This document shows, one piece after another, positions 1 through 8,545 of a stretch of DNA of 31,824 nt. The notes under the pieces were generated by a model. It worked only from the letters and a program-made list of their open reading frames with translations. It was not told where the DNA came from and searched no databases. The stretch is from an uncultured bacterium (GTDB lineage: Bacteria; Deinococcota; Deinococci; Deinococcales; Trueperaceae). The stretch spans positions 1 to 31,824 of the forward strand of contig CAYOXR010000421.1 of assembly GCA_964407955.1 (NCBI GenBank), written 5' to 3'. Within the stretch, counting starts at the first letter, position 1; every line of letters begins with the position of its first letter. The translations under genes and the position numbers were made by a program.

Positions 1-303
1 TTCGAGGTCGACGGCATCGCCATGAGCGACTTCGTGTATCCGTCGTACTTCGAGGTCTTCCGCAAGCCCGGCTCGACCCGCTTCGACCACATGGGCCGCG
101 TCGACCGGCCGTTCCAGATCCTGGCGGGCGGCTACCAGATCATCTTCAAGGACGGCAAGTGGAGCCAGGTCTTCGGCTCCGCCGCCAAGAAGCGGCGCTT
201 CGCCCGCGAAGATCGCCGCGGCCACCGGAGCGAGGCACGTGGGCGCACGCTGCGCGTGACCACGCCCGGGCAGCTCGCTCGGCGAGGGGGCCGACGCCGT
301 TAG
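1..303 (+). CDS. Conserved hypothetical protein, C-terminal part (5' end outside window)
   Basis: Frame 1 is open from base 1 (FEVDGIAMSDFVYPSYFEVFRKPGSTRFDHMG...GGYQIIF) to TAG at 301-303. It is aromatic-rich and protein-like, with GC3-biased codons. Confidence 0.65.
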   Translation, partial: FEVDGIAMSDFVYPSYFEVFRKPGSTRFDHMGRVDRPFQILAGGYQIIFKDGKWSQVFGSAAKKRRFAREDRRGHRSEARGRTLRVTTPGQLARRGGRRR

Positions 304-338
304 GGAGGGGCACGCCCGGGCGCTGGAGGTGACGAAGG

Positions 339-366
339 GGGGCGGGCTCCTTCTGGAGCCCGCCCC
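339..366. terminator. GC-rich hairpin between convergent genes, probable terminator
   Basis: Perfect 12-bp stem GGGGCGGGCTCC-ttct-GGAGCCCGCCCC between the stops at 303 (+) and 415 (-). No strong U-tract. Confidence 0.55.
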
Positions 367-414
367 TGACTGTCGTCGATGTGGCGGCCGCAAGGCCGCC
401 CGTGCTCGGGTGCC

Positions 415-1668
415 TCAATCGCCGCAGTGCGGGACGCCGAGGAAGCCCGAGTTGAAGTCGTCCAGGATGCCTGCAAAGGTCCTGGCCTGGTCCCTGGACT
501 CGGCGCTGTCGATGTCGTGGTCCGAGAAGTAGTCCTCGGCCCACAGCAGCGCCGTGCTCACGGCGGAGGGAGCGCTCGCGACGACGCCTCCGACGTTCAA
601 CATGGCGGCCACGTACTGGTGCGCCAGCTGCACGTAGGCGCGCCCCTTCACCGGCTCGTTCAGGATGGCAAGCCACGACAGCGTCGAGCTGTAGAAGTCC
701 GCCTCAGGATCGAACGGGCTCGGCCACGGCAGGTGGTTCTTCCAGTAGCCGAGGGTGTAGGTGCACGTGACGACGGGCGGCGTGCACGTCAGGTCGACGG
801 TCGCCGTCGCCGGCGAGCCTATGATCGCGCCTGCGGCATCGAGCAGCGACGCCGTGTTCGCGACCTGCGCGGGAGCGCAGACCAGGCCCGCGTCGCGGGT
901 GAGCTGCTTCACCAACACGTAGTCGCCCTGGGCCGGATCCTCGACGGTGAGCGTGTTGTTCTCCGGCATGAACTGGAACGGCACGTCGGCGCCATCGAGC
1001 GTCAACGACACGATCGAAACGCTGTACCCAGCGGGGATTTCCTCCTCGTCGACGAGCGTGGCCGCGGTCGCGCCGCCGCTCGAGGCACTCGAGAAGGCGA
1101 AGCTCTGCTCGAACGGCCCGGCATATCCGGCCTCATCCGTCACCGTCACCACGTCGACGACGTCGCCGCCACAGTCGGTCACGTCGATGGCGTCGAAGGG
1201 CCCGTCCTGCGTTACGAGGTCGATGCTGCCATTCGCGGCCACGGCTACATTCTTGAGCGAGAACACCTTGTGCTGCAACAGTCCGCCGAGATCGGGCTGG
1301 CCCGAGCCGGCATCGCAGTTCAGCATGTCGACGACGGTGAAGCTCCCCTCACCGCCAGCGGTCTCGGTCAACGTCAGGGAGTCGAGGGTGGCGGTGTAAC
1401 CCTCATCCGCACCGCCGCTGCTGCCCACTGTCAGCGTGTAGTGCAGCTCCGCCGTGCCGGACGTAACGTCGACACTCGTGGGTGACGCAGTCTTGGCAAT
1501 CGTCGGCGTTCCGGGACCACCAGGAGTCACCGTCATCTGCTTGCTGATGGTGATGTTCGGGAACACCGCCTCCTGCGGCGACAATGTGCCGGGCCCCGCT
1601 TGCTGGCTGCACGCCCCGAGCCAGACCAGCACCCCGACCCCCAACACGCCTAGCAACCATCTACGCAT
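415..1668 (-). CDS. Exported lipoprotein (417 aa) with beta-rich Ig/DUF11-like repeats and a C-terminal GYWKNH domain
   Basis: Start moved to ATG 1668 behind SD GGAGGAGG. Signal MRRWLLGVLGVGVLVWLGA-C has a lipobox. Thr/Val-rich strands (TIAKTASP, VANTASL), six further Cys, and C-terminal CTYTLGYWKNH...AYVQLAHQYVAAMLN. Confidence 0.75.
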   Translation of the reverse strand: MRRWLLGVLGVGVLVWLGACSQQAGPGTLSPQEAVFPNITISKQMTVTPGGPGTPTIAKTASPTSVDVTSGTAELHYTLTVGSSGGADEGYTATLDSLTLTETAGGEGSFTVVDMLNCDAGSGQPDLGGLLQHKVFSLKNVAVAANGSIDLVTQDGPFDAIDVTDCGGDVVDVVTVTDEAGYAGPFEQSFAFSSASSGGATAATLVDEEEIPAGYSVSIVSLTLDGADVPFQFMPENNTLTVEDPAQGDYVLVKQLTRDAGLVCAPAQVANTASLLDAAGAIIGSPATATVDLTCTPPVVTCTYTLGYWKNHLPWPSPFDPEADFYSSTLSWLAILNEPVKGRAYVQLAHQYVAAMLNVGGVVASAPSAVSTALLWAEDYFSDHDIDSAESRDQARTFAGILDDFNSGFLGVPHCGD

Positions 1669-1838
1669 GCTCGCAACCTCCTCCAAACGCGGTCCGCCGG
1701 CCGTCATCGCGTGCCGCGGCCGCCCTGCTTCCAAGACGGGGCTGCATGGTGTCCTGCAGCCTCGTGCCCTCCTAGTCGGTGCGGTACCGCCCTTCCCTCC
1801 TTGTCAAGCCTGGTCCAACAACGCCCCCCTTCTGCCCT

Positions 1839-2312
1839 TCACTCCGCCTCGACGGTGCCGCCGCCGTCCTCGCCCGACGTCGGGACCTGGCACGTCAGCG
1901 TGGCGATGGTCGCAGGCTGGATGGAACCGCCGGGCAACGGAACGATCAGGATCGGGACGTCATAGGTGCCGTAGCTGCCGGCAGTGATCACGAGCGTGCC
2001 CGTCTCCGCACCGGCCGGCACGAGGAGCATCAGCCCTCCGTCGTCCCTTACGAAGCGGAAGTCCGCGGCCAGGCCGGTCGGGAAGGTCGCGCCGAACGCG
2101 CTGCCGCCTCCCAACCAGTCGGCATTTGTGCCGAAGTCGCCGCCCTCGAACACCACCAGGGCGCCCGGCCACAGCTGGCAGTCGTTCCTGACGGGGGTCG
2201 GTGGCTTGGGCTGCCCTTCCTGCGCGCAGGCGGCCAGCGCCAACGCGACTCCCACGGCCAGCGCCAGGATGAGCGCCAGCGGCCTGCCTGTGTCGTTGCG
2301 TCTGGCTGGCAT
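1839..2312 (-). CDS. Small lipoprotein (157 aa), IPT/TIG-like beta-sandwich
   Basis: ATG 2312 with SD GAGGAG, 14 nt after the stop of the large gene. Hydrophobic stretch plus LAA-C lipobox. VPAGAETGTLVIT resembles IPT/TIG domains, and two Cys flank the domain. Confidence 0.7.
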   Translation of the reverse strand: MPARRNDTGRPLALILALAVGVALALAACAQEGQPKPPTPVRNDCQLWPGALVVFEGGDFGTNADWLGGGSAFGATFPTGLAADFRFVRDDGGLMLLVPAGAETGTLVITAGSYGTYDVPILIVPLPGGSIQPATIATLTCQVPTSGEDGGGTVEAE

Positions 2313-2326
2313 CTTGTCACGCTCCT

Positions 2327-5300
2327 CTACGGGCCCTCGCCGGGCGCCGCCTGGCCACCCGTCGGCTCGCTTTCGGCCACGGCGATCAGCGTCATGCCCC
2401 CCACGTCCTCGCCGTCCACCAGCAAGCGAGCGGCCTGCGGCCCCGGCGTGGTCGGTACCTGCCAATGACCCTTCCAGTGGTAGCCGTCCTCGCTCGTGAG
2501 CGACACCTCCTTCCCGTCCGGGAGCACGATCCGCGCAGAAGCTGCCTTGAACATGGTGCCCAGGGACAGCTGCGCGTCCGTTCCCACCGCGCCGCGGAGA
2601 GCGGACGGGCTGAAAGGTGGGTCGTCGGTGACGGTCACCGTCGCGTCACGCTCCACCCCCGCACCGTCGCCCTCGGCGCGGATCGTCAGCTTCAGCTCGC
2701 CGAGTGGCGTGTCGGGATCGATGCGTACGGTCGCGGCCCAGGCGCCGCCCTCCCGCCTCGTCAGCGGAATGTCGGCCCCTCCGGGCAGCGTCACCACGAC
2801 GCGCGTTGGCTCCCCTACCGTGAACGCCTGCACCTGCAGCTCGGCGCCCCGCGGCACCCGCGCCGGACTCACCCGCGGGAGCACGGCCAGGCGCGAGCCG
2901 GCGAAGGTCTGGACGACCTCCCGGCGCGGACGTGCCGCGCCGACCGCGACCGGGTCGTGGCGCTCGCCGGGCTGCAGCGTCACCGCAACGGGCTCCCCGG
3001 TGGCACGCATGCCCGGCGGCAACAGGGCAGCGTCCGCCCGAACGGTGTAGCTTCCCGGCAGCAGTCCGGTCGCCAGAGCGTTGCCGTCCCCGTCCGTCTG
3101 GATCGAGCGACTGCTGGCACCTTCGATCAGCACGCCCCCATACGGGATGCCTTGCTCGCCCTCGTCTCGCACGCCGTTGTCGTTGTCGTCGTAGAAGACG
3201 GATACCGGCAGCGACGCCACCGGGGCGAAGGCGAGGTCGCGCTTGACGTCCTGGTTCTCCACGAGAGTCACCTGCGCAGTGCCCTCGAGGTCGACCGTGG
3301 CAGGCAGCCCCTTGGGGAAACTGAGTTGGTAGGTGCCTTCGGGCACGCGCAAGCTGAACGCCCCCTTGCCGTCCGTCACCGTCTGCAGGCCTGCCACCGC
3401 CACGGTGAGTCCGGTCAGGGGCGCCTCCTCGGGCTGGCGCACGCCGTCGAGGTTGGCGTCGAGGAAGGCCGTGCCGGCCAACTCGGCGCCGCGGCGCCCG
3501 CCGAACGACTGGACCACCACATCGGGGGTGTCGAAGGCGAACTCGAAGGTGTGCGAGATCCCGAGGCTGAAGCGGTGCGTCCCCGGGGTGGCGAAGTCGA
3601 GCACGCTGGTCGGTGACGTGAGGCTGTAGAGCCCCGTCAGAACCACGCCCGGGGCCAGGAAGTCGTCGACCGTGACGCCCAACGTCACCGTCTCGCTCGA
3701 GGATGGCTCGATGGGTTTGAGGACGCGGTCGTAGGCGACCAGCGTGTGCACGCCGTTCGCGAAGTTCTGCACCCAGCTGGCATTGATGTCGTCTTCGACG
3801 CTGAGGGTATCGGTGCGCGATTGGATGTACGCGTAGCCAAGCGCCAGGTCCGTGCCCAGGCCGAAACTGTACGTTGCCGTGAACGCGCCCTTGAAGTCGA
3901 AGGCCTGCGGCCTGTCGGCGTACGCCGTCGACTCCTGATACACGCCCAGGAGCTGGAGCTGCACGCCGAACACCCCAAGGTTGAGCCCCAGCGAGTAGCG
4001 ATCCCAGATCGGACCATCGCCTAGCAGCACGTCCCCGTGCGTGTAGCCCAGGCCCAGACTCCCGCCGAAGTCGACGCTCGGCGAGTAGGCGAGGACCACG
4101 TGCGGCGACACCGTCCAGGACATCGACGGGGAGATGCCGTCGTCGGTGCGGAGGAGGCTCCCCCGCACATCGGTGGTGACCCCGCGCAACGGCTGCGCGT
4201 ACAGCGTGAGATAGTTGGTCCAGGAGCTATCCGTCGGCGAGAAGCTGTAGCTCGTGCTGGCCCGTACGCCATAGGGGTACGGCAGCCGGCTGCCGCCGCT
4301 CAAGCCGATGCTGTGCGTGCCCGATTGCGGCACTCCCGAGTAGGACTCGGAGACCTCGAAATCTCGGTTGCGCCAGCCGAACGACTGGTTGACTGCCGCG
4401 ACCACGCTGTAGGGCTGCCCGGGCTGGTCGTACCCGGCCAGCTGGGCACCGAGCCCCAGATCGAGGCTGGGGAGCAGCGGCACGGAGTAGTCGGCCCTGA
4501 GGCTGTCCGTTCGCGTTCCGCCCACCTGGCTCGAGCCGGCACTCAGCCGCAGGTCGAGCCACGGCAGCTGACTGATGCCGCGCACCGTCACGCCGTAGAC
4601 GGTGTCGGCGGGCGAGGGAATCAGGCGGCCGTCGACCTCCACGCCCCACGCCCCCACGTCGAAGTGGGTCGCGACACTGTAGTGACCCGGGTAGGCGTCC
4701 ATCGCGGCATTCCAGCTCGGCGCGTTGAGAGCCAGGCTGAGCCCCGAAGGCGTGTTCGCGAACGGGTGGCTCACATCTCCGGCGAGCCGGTTGGTGTGCG
4801 CCTCGCCCGACACGAAGTCCGACAGGTCGCCTTCGATGGCGGGCGCAACACTGTAGGCGAGAGAACCCTCGAAGTCTCCCTGATAGACCTTCGCGTTCGC
4901 CTGCACGCCCGTCTCCAGGCTCACCACCAGTTGCGGCGCGGTGGCGGGCCGGCCCTCCACCGCCGAGCTGTACCAGCGGCTCGCGACCACCACGCGCGTC
5001 GTCACCTCCGGATCGTTTGTGGACGCCGCCTCCAGATAGAACACGCTTCGGTAGCCGTTCGAGGTGAGCGTCGTCTGCGTCACCGTGACATCGATCGACG
5101 CCCGTTCGCCGGGGTCGAGCTCGACGGCACTCGGCGCGATGTGCACGCGCCACTTGGAGTACACCGCCCGCAGCTCGATGCGGTCGCGGGCGTTTCCACG
5201 GTTGGTGATCGTCGTGTGAAGATACAGGGGTGAGCCGATCCTAGCCGTTAGCTCAGGGACGGGCTGCAAGGACACGCCAGCATCCAGTGCGACTCGCAGG

Positions 5301-5677
5301 CGTGCCCGGGCCGAAGCGGTCTCGACGCCGCCGTCCAAGAGCCGCAGCGCCACGGTGAAGGCGGCACCCGCCTCGGTCCCCTCGCGAACCACTGCCGTGA
5401 CGAACACCACGGCGTGGCCCGAAACCTGCACGTTGCCCTTGCTCGTGAGCACCTGGACGGCCGGCGGCACGTCCACCTCAAAAGCGAACTGCCCCTCCCC
5501 GTCAACGCCGAAGACCAGGGTGGCGTACGTTCCGGGCTTGACCAGGCTCTCCGCCGGCGGCGTCAGCGTGACGGCTCTGGCGATCGGTGCGAGGAGGAGC
5601 ACCGCCAGCGCGGCCGCTCCGCCGACGAGACCCGGCACGCGCGTGCGTCCTCGTGGCGCCCGGCGCCCTCGCCGCAT
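2327..5677 (-). CDS. Large exported protein (1116 aa), predicted outer-membrane beta-barrel with Ig-like and SdrD-B-like domains; usher-like
   Basis: Signal peptide ending PIARA. N-terminal NEW3/COG1470-like Ig domains (TITNRGNARDRIEL, VELDPGERASIDVTV). About 460 aa of alternating amphipathic strands follow (approx. nt 4930-3540), then two SdrD-B-like repeats (GTAFLDANLDGVRQPEE, VFYDDNDNGVRDEGE). ATG lies 1 nt after the upstream stop. Confidence 0.7.
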   Translation of the reverse strand: MRRGRRAPRGRTRVPGLVGGAAALAVLLLAPIARAVTLTPPAESLVKPGTYATLVFGVDGEGQFAFEVDVPPAVQVLTSKGNVQVSGHAVVFVTAVVREGTEAGAAFTVALRLLDGGVETASARARLRVALDAGVSLQPVPELTARIGSPLYLHTTITNRGNARDRIELRAVYSKWRVHIAPSAVELDPGERASIDVTVTQTTLTSNGYRSVFYLEAASTNDPEVTTRVVVASRWYSSAVEGRPATAPQLVVSLETGVQANAKVYQGDFEGSLAYSVAPAIEGDLSDFVSGEAHTNRLAGDVSHPFANTPSGLSLALNAPSWNAAMDAYPGHYSVATHFDVGAWGVEVDGRLIPSPADTVYGVTVRGISQLPWLDLRLSAGSSQVGGTRTDSLRADYSVPLLPSLDLGLGAQLAGYDQPGQPYSVVAAVNQSFGWRNRDFEVSESYSGVPQSGTHSIGLSGGSRLPYPYGVRASTSYSFSPTDSSWTNYLTLYAQPLRGVTTDVRGSLLRTDDGISPSMSWTVSPHVVLAYSPSVDFGGSLGLGYTHGDVLLGDGPIWDRYSLGLNLGVFGVQLQLLGVYQESTAYADRPQAFDFKGAFTATYSFGLGTDLALGYAYIQSRTDTLSVEDDINASWVQNFANGVHTLVAYDRVLKPIEPSSSETVTLGVTVDDFLAPGVVLTGLYSLTSPTSVLDFATPGTHRFSLGISHTFEFAFDTPDVVVQSFGGRRGAELAGTAFLDANLDGVRQPEEAPLTGLTVAVAGLQTVTDGKGAFSLRVPEGTYQLSFPKGLPATVDLEGTAQVTLVENQDVKRDLAFAPVASLPVSVFYDDNDNGVRDEGEQGIPYGGVLIEGASSRSIQTDGDGNALATGLLPGSYTVRADAALLPPGMRATGEPVAVTLQPGERHDPVAVGAARPRREVVQTFAGSRLAVLPRVSPARVPRGAELQVQAFTVGEPTRVVVTLPGGADIPLTRREGGAWAATVRIDPDTPLGELKLTIRAEGDGAGVERDATVTVTDDPPFSPSALRGAVGTDAQLSLGTMFKAASARIVLPDGKEVSLTSEDGYHWKGHWQVPTTPGPQAARLLVDGEDVGGMTLIAVAESEPTGGQAAPGEGP

Positions 5678-5678
5678 G

Positions 5679-6224
5679 TCAAGGGGCTCCCGGACTTCCG
5701 CTCCCAGTCAGGTAGGCGTCGACCGCGAAGCGGCCGGCCGTCTCGGTGCCCGTCAGCTCGATCGCGAACTCGACATCGACCTGGCGCCAATCCGCGGTCG
5801 GGCCGGACCCTACGAAGATCACCTGCGGAACGGCCGAGGCGCGCTGCCACAGACCTCCATCCACGCGGTACAGCACGTGATCCGGCGAGATGCCTCCCTG
5901 TCCCTGCTCGCCCGCCAGATCGGGCACTTGCAGGAGCAGGCTCCAGGGCCCCTGGGCGTTGCTGAACACCTGGACCGGCAACACGCCGCCTTCCGGCGTC
6001 GTCGCCGCGTAGCGGGCCGGGAACGCCGCCGGCGGGTAATCGTCGATCGAGATGGCAAAGGCGATGTGCGTAGTGGGCACACGCACCGACACCACGTCGG
6101 GGACCAGCACGTCGACGTGCCAGCTCGACTGGGCCCAGACCGCCGACGCCGCCAGCAGCGCGAGCGTCACCACCGCCGCTCGCCACATCCGCGCGGACAC
6201 CGCGCCAACACGCATCGCCGTCAT
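5679..6224 (-). CDS. Exported beta-sandwich protein (181 aa), putative minor filament subunit
   Basis: ATG 6224 with SD GAGGTG (alternative ATG 6290). Signal peptide ending AVWA-Q. Shares three motifs with the 7331-8218 protein. Confidence 0.65.
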   Translation of the reverse strand: MTAMRVGAVSARMWRAAVVTLALLAASAVWAQSSWHVDVLVPDVVSVRVPTTHIAFAISIDDYPPAAFPARYAATTPEGGVLPVQVFSNAQGPWSLLLQVPDLAGEQGQGGISPDHVLYRVDGGLWQRASAVPQVIFVGSGPTADWRQVDVEFAIELTGTETAGRFAVDAYLTGSGSPGAP

Positions 6225-6301
6225 CGAAGTCACCTCACTGGAGCGAGCCCGGTGCTGGCTGCTCGCCACGCTGTGCACGTCGTATGTCATCCCGTCCCCC
6301 C

Positions 6302-7210
6302 TCACTGGCCCGCCGTCGGCGCCTCACCCGGCGCGACCGGGTGACGCCCGACTTCGGGAGCGGGCTCGGTCAGGGCCGTGTCGAGCACGAAGCTGTACTC
6401 GCCGGCCACGTCCTTGGTGGGGTCGCCGTAGTTGTAGACGACCAGAGCCGAGTAGGCACCCGCCGGCAGCGGTCCAAGCACGTGGTACAGCCGCACGTTG
6501 GTCTCCCCGGGCAGCGTCACACGCAGCGGGAACTCTTCATGCCAGAGGGTTTTCCCGGCGGCGTTGCGCAGCTCCAGGTAGCCGTTGAGGCGCTGCGCGA
6601 CGTTGCCGGTGTTGGCGTACTGGATAGCGAGCGTGTAGTCCCCATCGGGAGACTTTGGAGGCACGCCGAAGATGCCCGTGATCTCACCCTCCGGATTCTC
6701 GGGCGGAACGTTCACGTAGATCACGTGCCCGACGCGAACATTGAAGGTCGCCAGGGGCACGCCGGGGACGGGCGTCGGGTCCACCCCGACGGCGAAGAGC
6801 ACCCCCCAGTGCGAGCCCGCGGCCGCGTCCTTCGGTACGGCGATCGTGTAGCGAATCGTCGCCTTGCCATTGGCGTCGAGCGTGACCTCCGCGGGGTTGA
6901 AGGTGATCCAGGGCGTCACGCTGCGCTCGAGCGTCCCTGCGGCCGGGTATTCGGGCGAACCGTCCTCGAGATAGCGCCAGTCTGACAGTGCCATGCGGAC
7001 ACGCGCCCGGGTATCGCCGGAGTTCGCCACCGTGACGACCCCGTCGATGGTGTCGCCAGCCTGTGCCCGGTACAGGGAGACGGGGGGATCGACCGACAGC
7101 ATGCGCTGAGCGGAAGCCAGGCCTCCGCCCATGCAGGCGAGCAGCAGTGCCCCTGCCAGCAGGCGTGAGAGGCGCGCGAGCGGGAGCGTAATGGAAGGCG
7201 AGTAGGCCAT
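6302..7210 (-). CDS. Periplasmic two-domain DUF916/PapD-like chaperone (302 aa)
   Basis: ATG 7210 with SD GGAG and a signal peptide. VTVANSGD, PWITFNPAEVTLDANGKATIRYTIAVPKDAAAGSHWGVLF and YANTGNVAQRLNGYLEL match DUF916/DUF3324-like and PapD-like patterns as I recall them. Confidence 0.7.
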   Translation of the reverse strand: MAYSPSITLPLARLSRLLAGALLLACMGGGLASAQRMLSVDPPVSLYRAQAGDTIDGVVTVANSGDTRARVRMALSDWRYLEDGSPEYPAAGTLERSVTPWITFNPAEVTLDANGKATIRYTIAVPKDAAAGSHWGVLFAVGVDPTPVPGVPLATFNVRVGHVIYVNVPPENPEGEITGIFGVPPKSPDGDYTLAIQYANTGNVAQRLNGYLELRNAAGKTLWHEEFPLRVTLPGETNVRLYHVLGPLPAGAYSALVVYNYGDPTKDVAGEYSFVLDTALTEPAPEVGRHPVAPGEAPTAGQ

Positions 7211-7283
7211 GCTGGACTCCGTAGTCACGGCGCACCGCCGCGCGGCCGGCGCGTGCTCGGCAGCCACGGCGTGCAGGCTGGGT

Positions 7284-7320
7284 CCCGTGCGCCCCGACGC
7301 ATTCCATCGGGGCGCACGGG
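7284..7320 (-). terminator. Strong intergenic hairpin just downstream of the major subunit gene (attenuator or mRNA stabiliser)
   Basis: Perfect 14-bp inverted repeat CCCGTGCGCCCCGA/TCGGGGCGCACGGG, extended by a G-U and a G-C pair in the minus-strand RNA. It lies 10 nt after the stop at 7331 and has no U-tract. Confidence 0.6.
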
Positions 7321-7330
7321 TTGGGTGCTG

Positions 7331-8218
7331 CTAGTCCCCCACCGTCCAAGCGGTGGTGGTCATGGTGTAGTCGAGCGTCGCGGTCGTCGTACCCGCGGTC
7401 TCGCCGTCGATCTTGACTGCGATGATGACCAGGTCATCGAGCCAGCTCTTGTAGCCGCACAGCGCCGGGTTCTGGGCTGCCTGCGCACCCGTGGGACCGT
7501 GCCCCAGCGACTCGGGGACGAGGTGCAGCGAATCGCCCTGATCCAGGCGGTAGAAGCCGGTGGGCGCGCCGAAGGTATCGCACGGGTTGTCCTGGATGTA
7601 CAGGTTCTCGATGGCCGCCGTGCCTTCATCGGTCCGCGTCACCGTCAGATCCCACTGCGTGCCGTTGCTGAACTTCTGCAGCAGGAAGGAGCGGTAGCAA
7701 ACGAAGTGGCCCTTGCTACCCACGATCAGTTCGCCGTTCGCGTCGATCTGCATCGGCGGGTAGGCGGTCACAATGCCGCCCGCGTTGACGATCTGCACGT
7801 TCGGCCAGCCTGCAGACGCGTAAGACGTCCCGAGCGGCAAGTACTGGACTTGGTTGTAGAAGTCCGCGCCCAGCTGCGAGGTGACGTCCTGGGCAGAGCT
7901 GCCGTAGACGCACACCATGTTCCCGCCGTCGATGACCGCGGCTTCAGACTTGAAGTCGGAGACCGCCAGGTGCGGCCAGCCTTCGCCGTCCAGTGCAGTC
8001 AGGTCGAAGCCGATCGTGGTGACGTCGAGGTGCAGCGCCGTCGCGTAAGGCAGAATCAGCTGCACTTCCTGCGTCACCGAGGCGCTGTTGTTCTCCTGGC
8101 CGCTGCCCTTGGCGTAGGCATCCGGGCCGTCACCCGTCGTAGGGCTCAGCACCGGCCCCTGCGCCATGGCGAGCGCCGTGAGCACCGCCACGAGCACAAA
8201 CAACATCTTCCGTAACAC
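7331..8218 (-). CDS. Exported protein (295 aa), putative major filament (pilin-like) subunit
   Basis: GTG 8218 with a strong SD AGGAGG. Sec signal ending ALAMA-Q. N-terminal strand SASVTQEVQLILP, four Cys, FSNGTQWDL motif and C-terminal strand AGTTTATLDYTMTT. First gene of the cluster. Confidence 0.7.
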   Translation of the reverse strand: MLRKMLFVLVAVLTALAMAQGPVLSPTTGDGPDAYAKGSGQENNSASVTQEVQLILPYATALHLDVTTIGFDLTALDGEGWPHLAVSDFKSEAAVIDGGNMVCVYGSSAQDVTSQLGADFYNQVQYLPLGTSYASAGWPNVQIVNAGGIVTAYPPMQIDANGELIVGSKGHFVCYRSFLLQKFSNGTQWDLTVTRTDEGTAAIENLYIQDNPCDTFGAPTGFYRLDQGDSLHLVPESLGHGPTGAQAAQNPALCGYKSWLDDLVIIAVKIDGETAGTTTATLDYTMTTTAWTVGD

Positions 8219-8425
8219 GTGATCCCTCCTAAGGATTGCCCCGTTCAGGGCGTGGAAACGGACGTTGTCTCGTTGTCTCGGTCGAGTTGCCTGGGCCCTC
8301 CCAGGTCGCTTCTCACCCCCTTCCACGGACCGCGCGGCACCCGAGTACAAGCCCGTTGGTGTCCGAGCCAGATCCATCGCGCCGCACCCCATCGGCCCTT
8401 TTGTGCCAAGATGAGAGTACGGTGA

Positions 8426-8545
8426 GGGGCGTGACGCCCCCGTTAACGAGGAAGGCGCGCTCCAGACCGTGATTCCGCGCCCCATTACACCCAGAGGGGT
8501 GCGCACGGAGCAGGTCATGCAGAGGGTAATGGCGTCCGTAATGGG
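8426..8545. promoter_or_regulatory. Candidate operator motifs in the divergent control region
   Basis: 7-1-7 palindrome GGGGCGT-G-ACGCCCC (8426-8440), CGTTAACG (8441-8448), and GTAATGG at 8526-8532, 8538-8544 and inverted at 8482-8488. Confidence 0.3.

Noticed and set aside
1802-1807. Perfect TTGACA on the minus strand upstream of the GYWKNH lipoprotein
   Set aside because: No acceptable -10 at 16-18 nt spacing.
7100-7210. Lipobox in the chaperone signal (LLLAC)
   Set aside because: Imperfect lipobox followed by a good SPI site (ASA-Q). It is ambiguous, so it was not called a lipoprotein.
7331-8218. Type IV pilin interpretation
   Set aside because: No prepilin G|FxxxE cleavage motif or retained hydrophobic helix. 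It has an ordinary Sec/SPI signal.
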